NCBI RefSeq assembly: GCF_001194135.2
Contig: NC_068986.1
Span: 1,337,039 to 1,401,038, forward strand
Reading direction: 5' to 3'
DNA length: 64,000 bases
DNA from: Octopus bimaculoides
Lineage: Eukaryota
Shown here: piece after piece, positions 63,659-64,000 of the stretch
Numbering within the stretch: position 1 is the first letter of the stretch
Layout: every line of letters starts with the position of its first letter
The notes under the pieces: model-generated
Told to the model about the DNA's origin: nothing
The model's input: the letters and a program-made list of their open reading frames with translations, nothing else
Database searches by the model: none
Made by a program: the position numbers and the translations under genes

Positions 63659-64000
63659 CTGGAGAGGAAAAGAGGAGAGAAGAGGGAGAAAATTTTAGTA
63701 ATTAAAATGAAGTTGTTTTAGCTATGATTTATTTTCATCTTTTCAGACAAGAAGTTCAATTCTCAACCACATGAAAAACTGCAGAGCTACAAGTGCTGGA
63801 CTTTGTGGTAATTTCCCTGTCAACAAATCATCCACTGGCATTACACTTTCAACAGTATGTGAAATAAGATATACCTTACTTGGAAAACAGGCAAGGGTTT
63901 GTGTCAGGGAAGGCATCCTGCTGTAAAACGATGCCCCAGTAATATATATTTGTCTAACTCATGCAAGCATGGAAAAATGGAGGTGAAAATAAATGAATTA

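Overview
AT-rich, intron-rich animal genomic DNA with dense microsatellites, tRNA-derived SINEs, decayed LINE/DNA-transposon remnants and several N gaps. The repeat landscape looks like an octopus (coleoid cephalopod) genome; this is inference, not a database result. Two genes can be reconstructed by hand from splice sites and phase. (1) An espin/forked-like actin-bundling gene on + with six phase-compatible coding exons: 21684-21792, 28631-29684, 44638-45181, 51840-52007, 53204-53283, 54868-54994 (2082 nt, 693 aa plus stop). They encode a proline-rich region, a WH2 motif and a C-terminal espin-type bundling module with three PxW[K/Q] motifs. The 5' end was not found. (2) The last two coding exons of mitochondrial ribosomal protein MRPS18A (mL66, bS18 family) on -, at 63535-63658 and 60053-60165, convergent with the espin-like gene; the ORF track does not show these exons correctly. 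Best leads: read-through of the donor at 45181/45182 gives a 461-aa alternative C-terminus that replaces the bundling module and has four exact 27-aa Ser-rich repeats and a second WH2-like motif, followed by AATAAA and a hairpin; decayed minimal hammerhead ribozyme motifs; a fold-back element of two convergent tRNA-like heads; and an RTE LINE whose reverse transcriptase is deleted in frame. Most short ORFs in the track are microsatellite, gap or repeat artefacts.
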